Notes under the pieces: generated by a model
What the model was told of the DNA's origin: nothing
Database searches by the model: none
What the model saw: the letters and a program-made list of their open reading frames with translations, nothing else
In this document: piece by piece, positions 33,851 through 44,528 of the stretch
How the letters are laid out: every line of letters starts with the position of its first letter
How positions within the stretch are numbered: the stretch's first letter is position 1
Assembly (NCBI GenBank): GCA_963745075.1
Contig: CAVUWV010000036.1
Span: 320,001-384,000 of the forward strand
DNA: 64,000 bases
Direction: 5' to 3'
DNA from: Candidatus Hydrogenedentota bacterium
GTDB taxonomy: Bacteria > Hydrogenedentota > Hydrogenedentia > Hydrogenedentales > SLHB01
Program-made: the position numbers and the translations under genes

Positions 33851-34066
33851 ACCATGGCGCAAGTATTTACTTGTGCCCCCAGATTATCATTATTCAACCA
33901 ATCAAGCCCTGCTTTGTCACTTTATTACTTTGTTACCTTGTCACTGCCCATGTTACTCGCTCCCACAGGCCAAGTCATCAGCTGCTTGTGATCCTTACCC
34001 ACACCAGACCCCTACACAATCCAAAGGCAAGGATTGTCACTTTGTCACCTTGTCACCTTGTCACCT
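33851..34066 (+). repeat. Composite modular intergenic repeat
   Basis: ACCATGGCGCAAGTATTTACTTGTGCCCC (shared with ~31515); TTGTCACC/TTGTTACT 8-mers; A unit TACTCGCTCCCAC; hairpin TCCTTACC..GGCAAGGATT. Confidence 0.85.
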
Positions 34067-34139
34067 AATTTCAAACATTGATCTTTTTGTTTTGTTATTT
34101 ACATGTATAAAGTAACTACCTTAAAAATACATATTAATC

Positions 34140-35120
<981 letters not shown>

Positions 35121-35180
35121 AAAACTGGATATCATTCTTTATCAACTCTTAAGATTAATAAGAAAACTTTCAAAAAACAC

Positions 35181-35339
35181 ATGAAAAAAAAGAGTTATAT
35201 TCCTCAATCTAAACAGATTTCAAAAAAACTATATGAGGCCCTTCAGAAATTAATCCTGCAGGCTCCTACCTGGTCAGATAAGGAATATAATAGCTATAAT
35301 AAAGTCAGAAAAAATATAAATAAATCCAGAATCGCATAA
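35181..35339 (+). CDS. Small hypothetical protein (52 aa), possibly an antitoxin remnant; missing from the ORF track
   Basis: ATG..TAA frame encoding MKKKSYIPQSKQISKKLYEALQKLILQAPTWSDKEYNSYNKVRKNINKSRIA; AT-rich and fills the gap between AKR and SDR. Confidence 0.4.
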   Translation: MKKKSYIPQSKQISKKLYEALQKLILQAPTWSDKEYNSYNKVRKNINKSRIA

Positions 35340-35393
35340 TCTCATATTGTCCATCATTCAAGCCATGTTTTAAATAATTTCAACTATTTGTTT

Positions 35394-36224
35394 ATGTCTG
35401 AAATAACCGGAAAAACAATACTGATCACAGGAGCAACTGACGGGTTGGGCAAGCTGGTGGCCACTCACCTGGCGCAGGCAGGAGCAACCGTTTTGATGCA
35501 CGGGAGAAATCCTGAGAAAGGCAAAAGGGTGTTGCAGGAAATCCGGGATAAAACCGGAAACCCGCACCTGGAATATTTCAACGCTGATTTTGCTTCCCTT
35601 TCGGAAGTAAGTCAATTGGCCAAAGAAGTTACCTCCACTTATAATCAACTGGATATTCTGATCAACAACGCCGGTATTGGTGGTGGACCGAAAGCCAATC
35701 AGCAACGCGATTTGAGTGTTGACAGCCATGAACTGCGATTTGCAGTAAATTACCTGGCCACCTACCTGTTGACAAAAAAGTTACTGCCCGCCATAAACCA
35801 CGATAGTGGCAGGATCATTAATGTAGCATCCATAGGACAGGAAACGATTGATTTTAACGATGTAATGCTTGAAAAAAGTTATGATGCTTTTCATGCCTAC
35901 CGGCAGAGCAAGCTGGCCATGATCATGTTCACTTTCGACCTCGCTGAGGAACTGAAAGATACCGGAATTACGGTCAACACCCTTCACCCGGCTACACTGA
36001 TGAACACCAATATGGTGAAGGAATTTTTCGGCCGTACCATGAGCACGATAGAAGAAGGAGCGGAAGCACTGGAATACCTTACCGTTTCTCCTGAATTGCA
36101 GAGTACCACAGGAGTATACTTCAACCAAAAAAAGCCAGACAGAGCGCTTGGACAGGCTTATGACAAAGAGGCAAGAGACAGATTAAAAGCTTTATCAGAA
36201 GAGTTAACAGGAGGATTTATGTAA
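35394..36224 (+). CDS. Short-chain dehydrogenase/reductase (SDR)
   Basis: TGATDGLG, LINNAG, INVAS and YRQSK catalytic motifs. Confidence 0.95.
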   Translation: MSEITGKTILITGATDGLGKLVATHLAQAGATVLMHGRNPEKGKRVLQEIRDKTGNPHLEYFNADFASLSEVSQLAKEVTSTYNQLDILINNAGIGGGPKANQQRDLSVDSHELRFAVNYLATYLLTKKLLPAINHDSGRIINVASIGQETIDFNDVMLEKSYDAFHAYRQSKLAMIMFTFDLAEELKDTGITVNTLHPATLMNTNMVKEFFGRTMSTIEEGAEALEYLTVSPELQSTTGVYFNQKKPDRALGQAYDKEARDRLKALSEELTGGFM

Positions 36225-36369
36225 TTATGAAAAAAGCAGCGCAGCTTATACAAAAATGCTGCCATGCTTTTATTAAAAAGATGCTGTGCTTTTTTAAAAT
36301 GCAGCGCAGCTTTTTTTGTCGCGCTTAGGATATAAGTTTTTTCCGGGATTGAAATCAAAAAATTACAAT

Positions 36370-37134
36370 TTACATTTTCAATTCAATACCCACCGGACAA
36401 TGATCCGACCCCATCACCTGGTCAAGAATAAAAGCCTCTTTAATTCTTTCCATGAAACGATAGCTAACCAGGAAATAATCAATACGCCAGCCCACATTTC
36501 GTTCGCGTGCTTTAAAGCGTTGACTCCAGTATGAATACTGCACTTTATCAGGATAGAAATGACGAAAAGTATCCACGAGGCGGGCAGAAAGAAAATTATT
36601 AAATCCGTCAATCTCCACCTGGGTGAAACCTGCCGATTTGTTATAATTAGATTTTGGATTCGCCAGATCGATGGGTTCGTGAGCCACGTTCAGGTCACCG
36701 GTAAAAACCACCGGTTTCAGCTCATCCAGTGAATGCAGGTAATCAAGCAGGTCTTTATCCCATGTCTCACGATATTCAAGCCGCTTTAATCCTTGACCGG
36801 AATTAGGAACATAGACATTCACCAGGTAAAAATCCTCATATTCAAGGGTGATTACCCTTCCCTCCTGATCGTGTTCTTTCTTACCAATATCATAACTGTG
36901 ACTGATGGGTTTGTGTTTTGTAAAGATGGCAGTCCCGGAATACCCTTTCTTCTCGGCCGAATTGGCAAATACCTCATAGCCGTCAATCTCAGCAGCGATA
37001 GCCTGCATCACCTCATCCGGCGCCTTGGTTTCCTGTATACACAGTATATCAGGATCCATTTCCCTGACTTTTTCCTCAAATCCTTTCTTTAGCGCTGCAC
37101 GGATGCCATTTACATTCCATGATAATATTTTCAT
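36370..37134 (-). CDS. xth: Exodeoxyribonuclease III
   Basis: SWNVNGIRA, CIQETK, GYSG, GDLNVAH, GWRIDYF, SDHCP motifs. Confidence 0.96.
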   Translation of the reverse strand: MKILSWNVNGIRAALKKGFEEKVREMDPDILCIQETKAPDEVMQAIAAEIDGYEVFANSAEKKGYSGTAIFTKHKPISHSYDIGKKEHDQEGRVITLEYEDFYLVNVYVPNSGQGLKRLEYRETWDKDLLDYLHSLDELKPVVFTGDLNVAHEPIDLANPKSNYNKSAGFTQVEIDGFNNFLSARLVDTFRHFYPDKVQYSYWSQRFKARERNVGWRIDYFLVSYRFMERIKEAFILDQVMGSDHCPVGIELKM

Positions 37135-37201
37135 AAACTCTCTCCCACGTATTTATAACGGTTAAGGATACTAATATAAACATTTTTTTTATTCCGTGGA
37201 A

Positions 37202-37500
37202 ACTCAGTTGTTTATTCGGTAGTGATTCGGTTGATTATTCAATTGTAATTCTGTAGTTTATTCGGTGATTTTTACGGATGAAACGCCATGCTCCTCTGTC
37301 ACCCTGTTACCTTGTCACTTTGTCACCTATGACTGCTCGTGATCCTTGCCAACACCGGGCCCTCACAGCCAAGGGCAAGGATTCAGTTGTTTATTCGACA
37401 GATGATTCAAGCGTCTCGCTTGGACCCCATATATTTATTCTGTTGTTTTTATTTTTCCAAATTGTTTCAAACGGTTTCAGGTGGTTTCAAGTTGTTTCAG
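37202..37500 (+). repeat. Composite modular intergenic repeat
   Basis: Same module order as 31135-31490 but without the A unit: 12-mers, 8-mers, TCGTGATCCTTGCC..GGCAAGGATT (37337-37383), TTCAAGC..GCTTGGACCCC, 10-mers. Confidence 0.88.
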
Positions 37501-37542
37501 AGCGGCGGTGGTCAATTGATAATTCTGTGGTGATACGTTTGT

Positions 37543-38226
37543 TTAATGATCTACTCTCACACTGATCCCCTCACGCTTCCATACTACCTCAGCTGCTGAA
37601 TAACTGTACCCGGCAAAAATACCGTAACCGTTCTTAATATTACTGAATACATTTACCGGCTCCGAATAAAAGTCTTTTTCTGCAATCCGCTGGTTATAGT
37701 AAGAAATGGCATAGTCATAGTAATTTTCGCTTATGGAGAGCAATTTAATGCGATATATAACGCTGTCTTCATTATAAATGCCGCCGCCTTGTTTCAATCT
37801 AAAACTGACTTGCTGCTTAGGTGACGAAAAAGTCTTGTCAGAAAAAATGAGTTGACTATAATTATTATATAAAGTAGCTTCCACAAATGAATTCGGAGAA
37901 AGGATATATTCATCAAAATCGGGTACTTCTCTTGTATCATAATAACTAAGCTTATCTACAGACAGCCCGTAAAAATTCTTCTGATCCGGATTATCTTTAA
38001 AAAATACAGTATATAAAATTTGCCCGGTAAGTGAATCCTGCAGATAGCTCACGGAAGTTATTTTTACCGGCCGCGGGATTGAATCGCTGGCAGTAACCGG
38101 CTCGTGACCGGGAACAGAAACCGTTAACCGGTAAAGCCCCGGTTGATATTCCGGAGGATTATCTGTTACATAATAGCCAGCAGGTATTCCCTCATGATAG
38201 TTATCAAAATAGGTTGAATGCATCAC
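37543..38226 (-). pseudogene. DUF4249-like lipoprotein, C-terminal part only
   Basis: YRLTVSVPG..VTASDSIP, FKDNPDQKNFY and EPVNVFSNIKNGYGIFAGY match the family C-terminus; no signal peptide or lipobox. Confidence 0.7.
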
Positions 38227-39164
38227 TGTCCCGAATAACCAGATAAATAGAAGCTGTTCCGTTCATTCAGTTTCCACCTTATTTTCCCGTTCAGGTCAAA
38301 AAAATAATACCCCGCATTATCCCAGGAGGTAAAATGGTTCATGATCGGACCAGCCAGAAAATCCAGGTAGGTTCGGCGGGCCGACAGGATAAAGGTAAGC
38401 CTGTCTTTAATAACCGGTCCTTCCACCTGTAATTTAGAAGAGATGAGCCCCACCGAGCCCTTTACCGCCAGCTTTTTGCTGTTGCCGTCCTTCATGCGGA
38501 TATCGGTGACTGACGCCAGCCGGCTGTTGTACTGTGCCGGAAAAGCCGAAGTATACAGCTTCACATTTTTGATGGCATCGCTGTTGAAGACCGAGAAAAA
38601 ACCAAACAGGTGGTTTGGATTAAACACCTCGGCTCCGTCTACCAGGATCAGGTTGTTATCCGCTTCACCGCCACGCACATACAGGCCTGTGTTTCCTTCG
38701 CTTCCCGGCTGTACGCCCGGCATCAGTTGCAGGGTTTTCAGGATATCCTGCTCCCCCATCAGTACCGGGAGTTGGCGGGTCATCTTCATGGGGATGTTCA
38801 GCATGCCGGGTTCATGAATGGAATGCATCCTGTTTGGATTCTCACCGGTCACCTTCACCTCTCCTATTTGACTGTTGGACGACAAGAAGATTGAAAGGAG
38901 GGTATCTTTCCTGATTCTCAGGTGCAGAAATTCCGTTTCATATCCGACGTAGGATACCCGGAGGTCGTGCATATCTCCTGAAAGAGAGAGACTAAAAAAA
39001 CCATAGTCATTTGTAATTGTACCGGTCTCCCCGTCCGCCAAAACCGTGGCACCAATCAGTTTTTCCCCGGAGGCAGTATCCTGAACGTATCCGGAGACAA
39101 CGATCTGCTGTGCCTGCAGGGATACAGTCCATAATAACAAACCGGCAAAAATCCATAATCTCAT
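38223..39164 (-). pseudogene. TonB-dependent receptor truncated after the plug domain
   Basis: Signal peptide; VSGYVQD..GEKLIGA; DILKTLQLMPGV; YVRGG; HLFGFFSVFNSD. Stops at 313 aa (SGYSGQ*) at the start of the barrel. Confidence 0.8.
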
Positions 39165-39301
39165 GACATCGCATTAAAATATCATTTGAAAAGCATATTT
39201 AATCCCTTCTTACGTTCGGGTAATTACAAATATAGGGAATTTATAGTTACAGCCAAGTTGAGATTTGGGTGATAAGCTGACAAACTCCGTTTTTGATCTA
39301 A

Positions 39302-39661
39302 TTACTGCTTCTCATGTCCGATAATTTCTTTATTATCTAACTCAATCAGATCATAAAACCTGAATAAGTCAGCAATAGTCTTAAAATAATTATCAAATAA
39401 CTGGATAAGAGCTTTGTTTACAATATTTCCCGTCGTGACAAGAAGTAATTTTGCAGGAATTCCATTTATTAAATGTGAATCCAGAAAATCAGAATCTTTG
39501 GTTATAATAATTCGATCTTCTTTGATGGATATGTTTCTAATCTCATTATCTTTTGTCCTCTCCTTATCTGGCAGATCATCCGTATGAATAACATCATACC
39601 CTTTATCTTTAAGGGAAATGGTTAATTTATAAGGTAGATTAGCATCCATCAGAAATTTCAT
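39302..39661 (-). CDS. DUF5615 PIN-like protein (putative toxin)
   Basis: MKFLMDANLP, IITKDSDF and VTTGNI motifs; paralogue of 32047..32406. Confidence 0.9.
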   Translation of the reverse strand: MKFLMDANLPYKLTISLKDKGYDVIHTDDLPDKERTKDNEIRNISIKEDRIIITKDSDFLDSHLINGIPAKLLLVTTGNIVNKALIQLFDNYFKTIADLFRFYDLIELDNKEIIGHEKQ

Positions 39662-39894
39662 GCGACAATCCTGTGTATTGTTTTTACTTTAGATAATTGT
39701 GAAGCAAATGCTAAACAAGCCCTAATATCATCAATTTCAAGTGCCGGATAATCTTCAATGATTTCAGCTTCACTCATACCAGCAGATAATAAATCCAAGA
39801 TTAAATCAACCGTATATCTTGTATTACGCAGGGTTGGTCTCCCATTACAAATCTCCGGGTTAATAGTTATTCTGCCTAATAGATCCTTTTTCAT
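39658..39894 (-). CDS. DUF433 protein (putative antitoxin)
   Basis: RITINPEICNGRPTLRNTR and GMSEAEIIEDYPALE motifs; TATATTTG box on the minus strand at 39911-39904; ATGA overlap. Confidence 0.92.
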   Translation of the reverse strand: MKKDLLGRITINPEICNGRPTLRNTRYTVDLILDLLSAGMSEAEIIEDYPALEIDDIRACLAFASQLSKVKTIHRIVA

Positions 39895-40020
39895 GTTTTT
39901 TCTCAAATATACAAAAAAATATCCTCACATATGATCCCAACATTATTGAAACTGTTGATAACCTTTCAGATGCCAAACAGATATAAACAGGTGCTAAAGA
40001 TAATCCATTCAGCAACCCAA

Positions 40021-40248
40021 CTGGCACGGACGTCCTCGTCCGTGCCTACCATGCCCACTAACTATAGTCTAAAGCATGAAAGCCACGGACAACATGTCCG
40101 CGGCAGGTGGTTATATTTTTAGCAACACCATGGATTATGCCGGAGAAACTGGTATTTAGAAGATGTTACTGTAGCTAAATAACGCCACACGAGGGGACTC
40201 GTGCGGAAGCAGGGACAGCAGAGGAACTCGTGCGGAAGCGGGGACAGC
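40021..40248. repeat. Cluster of REP-like palindromes, including a GTAG-tagged hairpin
   Basis: GGCACGGACG-tcct-CGTCCGTGCC at 40023-40046 (the minus strand reads GTAG at the stem foot); 40071-40110 matches 50681-50720 at 39/40; two ACTCGTGCGGAAGC copies. Confidence 0.75.
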
Positions 40249-40265
40249 TTCACCAAAAACTACCT

Positions 40266-40994
40266 CTACAAAAAATTACGGTTCAGAAAATCCTGGAACC
40301 GGGCTTTGTACTGATCACTGACGGGAATGTATTTTTTACCGAAAACAACATGACTTCTTTCCACGGTCTCAACCTTATCCAGGTTGACAATATACGACCG
40401 GTGAACGCGCATAAAGTGCTCTGCTGGTAGCTTTTCTTCCAGTGATTTAACAGAATTAAGCGACAACACCGGCTTCGTCTCATCTTGCAGGTAAACCTTC
40501 ACATAGTCTTTCATCCCTTCGATATAAAGGATTTCATGAAAATTGATACGCCGGATCTTGTACTCTGATTTGAGAAACAAAAATTCATTGTTGGCCTCCA
40601 GTGAAGGATAGGCCTGTTCTTCGAGTTCAATAAGGTGCTTTGCTTTGTTTACAGCCGTTAGAAATTCCTGGTAACTGAAGGGCTTCAGCAAATAGTCGAT
40701 GGCATTCAGTCTGAATCCTTCTACAGCATATTTCTCATAAGCAGTGGTAAAAATAATCTTTGTGCCCGGCTGCAGGGTTTTGGCAAAATCAACCCCGGAC
40801 AGGTCAGGCATTTGCACATCGAGCAAGATCAGGTCCACTTTACTGTCTGAGAGAAAATCCACCGCGTCAAGTGGATTATCAAAAGCACCGGCCAATTCCA
40901 GATAAGGAGTTTTTGCAACATAGTCGGACACGAGTTTAAGCGCCAGCGGCTCATCATCCAGGGCGATGGTCCGTATTTTTTTTGCAGCACTCAT
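40266..40994 (-). CDS. LytTR-family response regulator
   Basis: LDDEPLA, LDVQMP and DYLLKP (receiver domain); FMRVHRSYIVN (LytTR domain). Confidence 0.95.
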   Translation of the reverse strand: MSAAKKIRTIALDDEPLALKLVSDYVAKTPYLELAGAFDNPLDAVDFLSDSKVDLILLDVQMPDLSGVDFAKTLQPGTKIIFTTAYEKYAVEGFRLNAIDYLLKPFSYQEFLTAVNKAKHLIELEEQAYPSLEANNEFLFLKSEYKIRRINFHEILYIEGMKDYVKVYLQDETKPVLSLNSVKSLEEKLPAEHFMRVHRSYIVNLDKVETVERSHVVFGKKYIPVSDQYKARFQDFLNRNFL

Positions 40995-42074
40995 GTTGTT
41001 TCCAGTTTAAGTCTCGCGAGGAATTCACCAGCCTGTTCTTCAACCTGCAGCTTATGTCTGTCAGGATAAAGCAACCGCAGCCTTTTCTTCACATTCTCAA
41101 GTCCGATGCCTCCTTGTTTATCTTTGTTCTGAAGCTCCTGCTTTGTCATGCTGTTTTGCACTTCAAACAATATCTCAGTATTTTTCACTTCCATCCGTAT
41201 CCTGATAAACGACCTTTCCCTGTAACTCACACCATGCTTGAAGGCATTTTCCACAAAAGGAACGAACAACAGGGGCGGGACCATCAACTCGTCACAATCT
41301 TTGGGCAGAGACACCTCCAGCTTCACTTTATCGCTTAGCCTCAGCTTCATCAGGTCGATGTAGTGATGCAGGAAAGCCACCTCATCACTTAACCTCGATC
41401 GTCCCTGGTCCGATTCATACAACAGGTAACGCATCAGTTTGGAAAGCTTGAGAACAGCTTCCTGTGCTTCTTCACTGTCAATGCCGATCAGGGAGTAAAT
41501 ATTGTTCAGGGTATTGAAAAAGAAATGCGGGCTGATCTGGTTTTTCAGGAAGGCCAGCTCTGAATTCAGCTTTTCTTTTCTCCAGCTCTTTTCGCTCTTT
41601 TTCATTCTGTGCCAGTCGTTGCATCACCCCCAGTCCAAGCGAAAAACCTACAATAAGTACAGAAGTATAGAAATACCCCATCAGTCTGAACTGTTTGATA
41701 GGCGGTTTTACAAGGTTTTTGCCCTTATTGAGTTCCTGCATTACCTTTTCAAACTGCTGATCCCGAACCTTATCAAAAAACACATTCTCATTCAGGTACC
41801 AGAGGATAAGACAAACAAAGAGAATAATTGCAGTGGTAATCAGGAAATACCAAATTTTGTTGTCCCTGAAAAAATAACGTGGCACCAGCCAGAGGTAATT
41901 AAAGTAAAACAAAGAACCGTAAACCGCAGTATTGAAATAAAACTGATTCAGAAAATGATCGCTTCTGTTCCCGTAACTTGTCATCAGGTAATGAGGCAGA
42001 ATCACGATGATCGTCCATGCCAGCAAATGCAATAGTAGGGTTAAACGTCGGTTTGAATGAAATCTGATTCTCAT
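40991..42074 (-). pseudogene. LytS-type sensor histidine kinase; frameshifted as sequenced
   Basis: The TM N-terminal half (41478..42074) and the kinase half (LKNQISPHFFFNTLNNI, FVENAFKHG, GGIGLENV) join if one T is removed at 41576-41579 (ELEKEKLNSEL). Confidence 0.88.
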
Positions 42075-42208
42075 TTTCTTTTGCTTTGATCTTTCAAAGA
42101 TAATATTTTGTTGCGGTATGTTTGGGTGCTAATTTATTTACGGGTTATGGATGGTATTTTGGCTCATTCTATTCAGCTCAGGTGGTAAAGACAACTCATG
42201 AGTTGTCT

Positions 42209-43498
42209 CTACGGTCTCACTTCTTCCATCTTACGTCTCCTGACTCTTCTGTCTTCTGTCTTCAAACTTCCTCCTCCCCATTCATACCTCAGCGCATCAA
42301 TAGGGTTCAGTCCTGCGGCTTTTCTTGCAGGATACCAGCCAAAGAAGATGCCGATAGCCGAACATACCAAAAAGGCAAATACAACCGAGGAAGTCATAAT
42401 TACCACCGGCCAGTTCATAATAGAGGCGATGATCCAGGTAGCAGCTGAACCCAGCAGGATCCCGATCACACCACCCATCACACTCAGCATCAATGATTCT
42501 ATCAGAAACTGCATCAGAATGTCATTTCCTTTTCCCCCTACTGACATTCGGAGGCCAATTTCACGCGTACGTTCAGTTACCGATACATACATGATATTCA
42601 TAATTCCAATACCGCCAACCAGCAGCGAGATTCCTGCAATTGCCCCCAGGAGTGCTGTCAGCACATCGCTGATTGAAGAGAAGGTTTGTACCAGCTCTGA
42701 TTGCGACATAACCCTGAAATCATCTTCCTCGCCGGGTTTGATCTTATGTGTCTGCCGAAGGGTTTGTGTAATCTCGTCAATAGCCTTTTCATTTAACTTT
42801 TCCGAAGCAGCTGATGCGTAGATCCCCTGAATATGTGTTATGGCCAATATACGTTTTTGTATAGCAGTATAAGGGGCAATCAGCAGGTCATCCTGGTCCT
42901 GTCCCATTCCGTTCTCCCCTTTGGGTTCCAGCACACCAATCACTTTAAAAGGGATATTATTGAAACGAATGGTTTGTCCCAGCGGATCCAGACCATTTTG
43001 AAACAAGTTATTCTCTACCGTCTTTCCAATCAGGCAAACCTTTGCAAAGGTCTGTACCTCCCGGTCGGTAAATATACGGCCTTCCTCAAGGTCATATTTC
43101 CTTATTCCCAGATAATTCTGACTGACACCATAGACTGTAGTCGGCCAGTTCTGGTTGCCAAAAACTGCCTGCCCGGAAGCCCTGACCTGCGGAGAGACCT
43201 CACTGATCGACGGACATTCTTTCCGGATAGCCTCCACATCTTCCATGGTCATGGTTTGGGTACTGCTGTTCCCCAGCCTTACACCACCCCTTTGCTGGGA
43301 ACCGGGAATAGCAAAGATCAGGTTGGTTCCCATGCCAGACATCTGATCCTGGATACTTTTTTTGGAACCCTGCCCGATAGCCAGCATAGCTATCACTGAC
43401 CCAACCCCTATAATTATGCCCAGCATAGTGAGAAATGCCCTGAACTTATTTCGCTTCAGCGCCTTCACTGCTATTCTTACTATATTTGAATAATTCAT
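42209..43498 (-). CDS. MacB-like ABC transporter permease
   Basis: LTMLGIIIGVGSV, GGIGIMNIMYVSVTERTREIG and YPARKAAGLNPIDALRYE motifs; the last 23 codons run through a 7-mer repeat tract. Confidence 0.93.
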   Translation of the reverse strand: MNYSNIVRIAVKALKRNKFRAFLTMLGIIIGVGSVIAMLAIGQGSKKSIQDQMSGMGTNLIFAIPGSQQRGGVRLGNSSTQTMTMEDVEAIRKECPSISEVSPQVRASGQAVFGNQNWPTTVYGVSQNYLGIRKYDLEEGRIFTDREVQTFAKVCLIGKTVENNLFQNGLDPLGQTIRFNNIPFKVIGVLEPKGENGMGQDQDDLLIAPYTAIQKRILAITHIQGIYASAASEKLNEKAIDEITQTLRQTHKIKPGEEDDFRVMSQSELVQTFSSISDVLTALLGAIAGISLLVGGIGIMNIMYVSVTERTREIGLRMSVGGKGNDILMQFLIESLMLSVMGGVIGILLGSAATWIIASIMNWPVVIMTSSVVFAFLVCSAIGIFFGWYPARKAAGLNPIDALRYEWGGGSLKTEDRRVRRRKMEEVRP

Positions 43499-43580
43499 TT
43501 TAATTTTATTTTATGGTCCTGGATTATATTCTCAACAAAAAATTCCGATCTAAAAATAATATCAAAAATTTATCGGAATA

Positions 43581-43717
43581 AGCAATCCAACCCGCAGCCC
43601 CTGTATCCCCTGAAGTGGATCTTGCACACCATTACAAACCAACATATTATAATAAGGTTGAGCGATGGCCCCCCTGCCTGTACTGCGTTCGGCAGGCAGG
43701 CCTTTGGGCAGGGGGCT
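43581..43717. repeat. Inverted REP doublet (CCCCT..AGGGG family) with a nested CCTGCCTG..CAGGCAGG palindrome
   Basis: Homologous to 27437-27546; insert CCTGCCTGTACTGCGTTCGGCAGGCAGG at 43673-43700 splits the right arm. Confidence 0.7.
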
Positions 43718-43763
43718 AAGCGATGGGATAAATGCTTTATGAATATAATACATACTTCGAATT

Positions 43764-44528
43764 TTACAATTGATCTTCCTCTACCGGCAAGGCTCTAAGT
43801 ACCCCGGCAGCATTGATTCTTTCTTTTACTTTTTCCTCACGAACGATATGTCCGTCACGAAACAACACGTTACGAGTTGTACAGCGGGCAATATCCGGTT
43901 CGTGGGTTACAAATACGATGGTTTTGCCCTGTTCGTTAAGTTCCTGAAACAATGCCATAATCTCGTAAGAAGTGCGCGTATCCAGGTTACCGGTAGCCTC
44001 ATCAGCCAGGATCACCACCGGGTCGTTCACCAGTGAACGGGCAATGGCCACCCGTTGCTGTTGTCCTCCCGACAGCTGATTGGGCATGTGATCCATCCTG
44101 TCTTCAAGACCAACGGACTTTAATGCTTTAACAGCCCGCTCCCGTCTTTCCCTGGTTTTAACCCCGGGATTATAGAAAAGAGGCAGCTCTACATTTTCCA
44201 GTGCTGATGTTCGCGGTAACAGGTTATAAGACTGAAACACGAATCCCAGTTTGTTATTTCGTAATTCGGCCAGTTCATTCTTACTCAATCCGTTTATTCT
44301 TACTCCATCGAGCTCATAACTTCCCGAAGTAGGCTTATCCAGGCAACCCAGTATGTTGAGCATGGTTGATTTGCCGGAACCACTGGTACCCATTATGGCT
44401 ACAAACTCTCCCTCCCTGATCTCCAGATTAATCCCTTTCAGGGCGTGAACCGTGATCTCTCCAACATGAAAATCCTTTTTCAGGTCGTTTACTTCAATTA
44501 GTGTTTTTGTATCAGACATGGTATTCAT
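43764..44528 (-). CDS. ABC transporter ATP-binding protein (MacB/LolD type)
   Basis: GTSGSGKST Walker [29 protein letters not shown]. Confidence 0.95.
   Translation of the reverse strand: MNTMSDTKTLIEVNDLKKDFHVGEITVHALKGINLEIREGEFVAIMGTSGSGKSTMLNILGCLDKPTSGSYELDGVRINGLSKNELAELRNNKLGFVFQSYNLLPRTSALENVELPLFYNPGVKTRERRERAVKALKSVGLEDRMDHMPNQLSGGQQQRVAIARSLVNDPVVILADEATGNLDTRTSYEIMALFQELNEQGKTIVFVTHEPDIARCTTRNVLFRDGHIVREEKVKERINAAGVLRALPVEEDQL

Noticed and set aside
42198..42821. Long antisense ORFs (also 41502..42035, 42833..43399, 53690..54226, 58530..59123)
   Set aside because: Shadow frames opposite well-supported genes, with no motifs.
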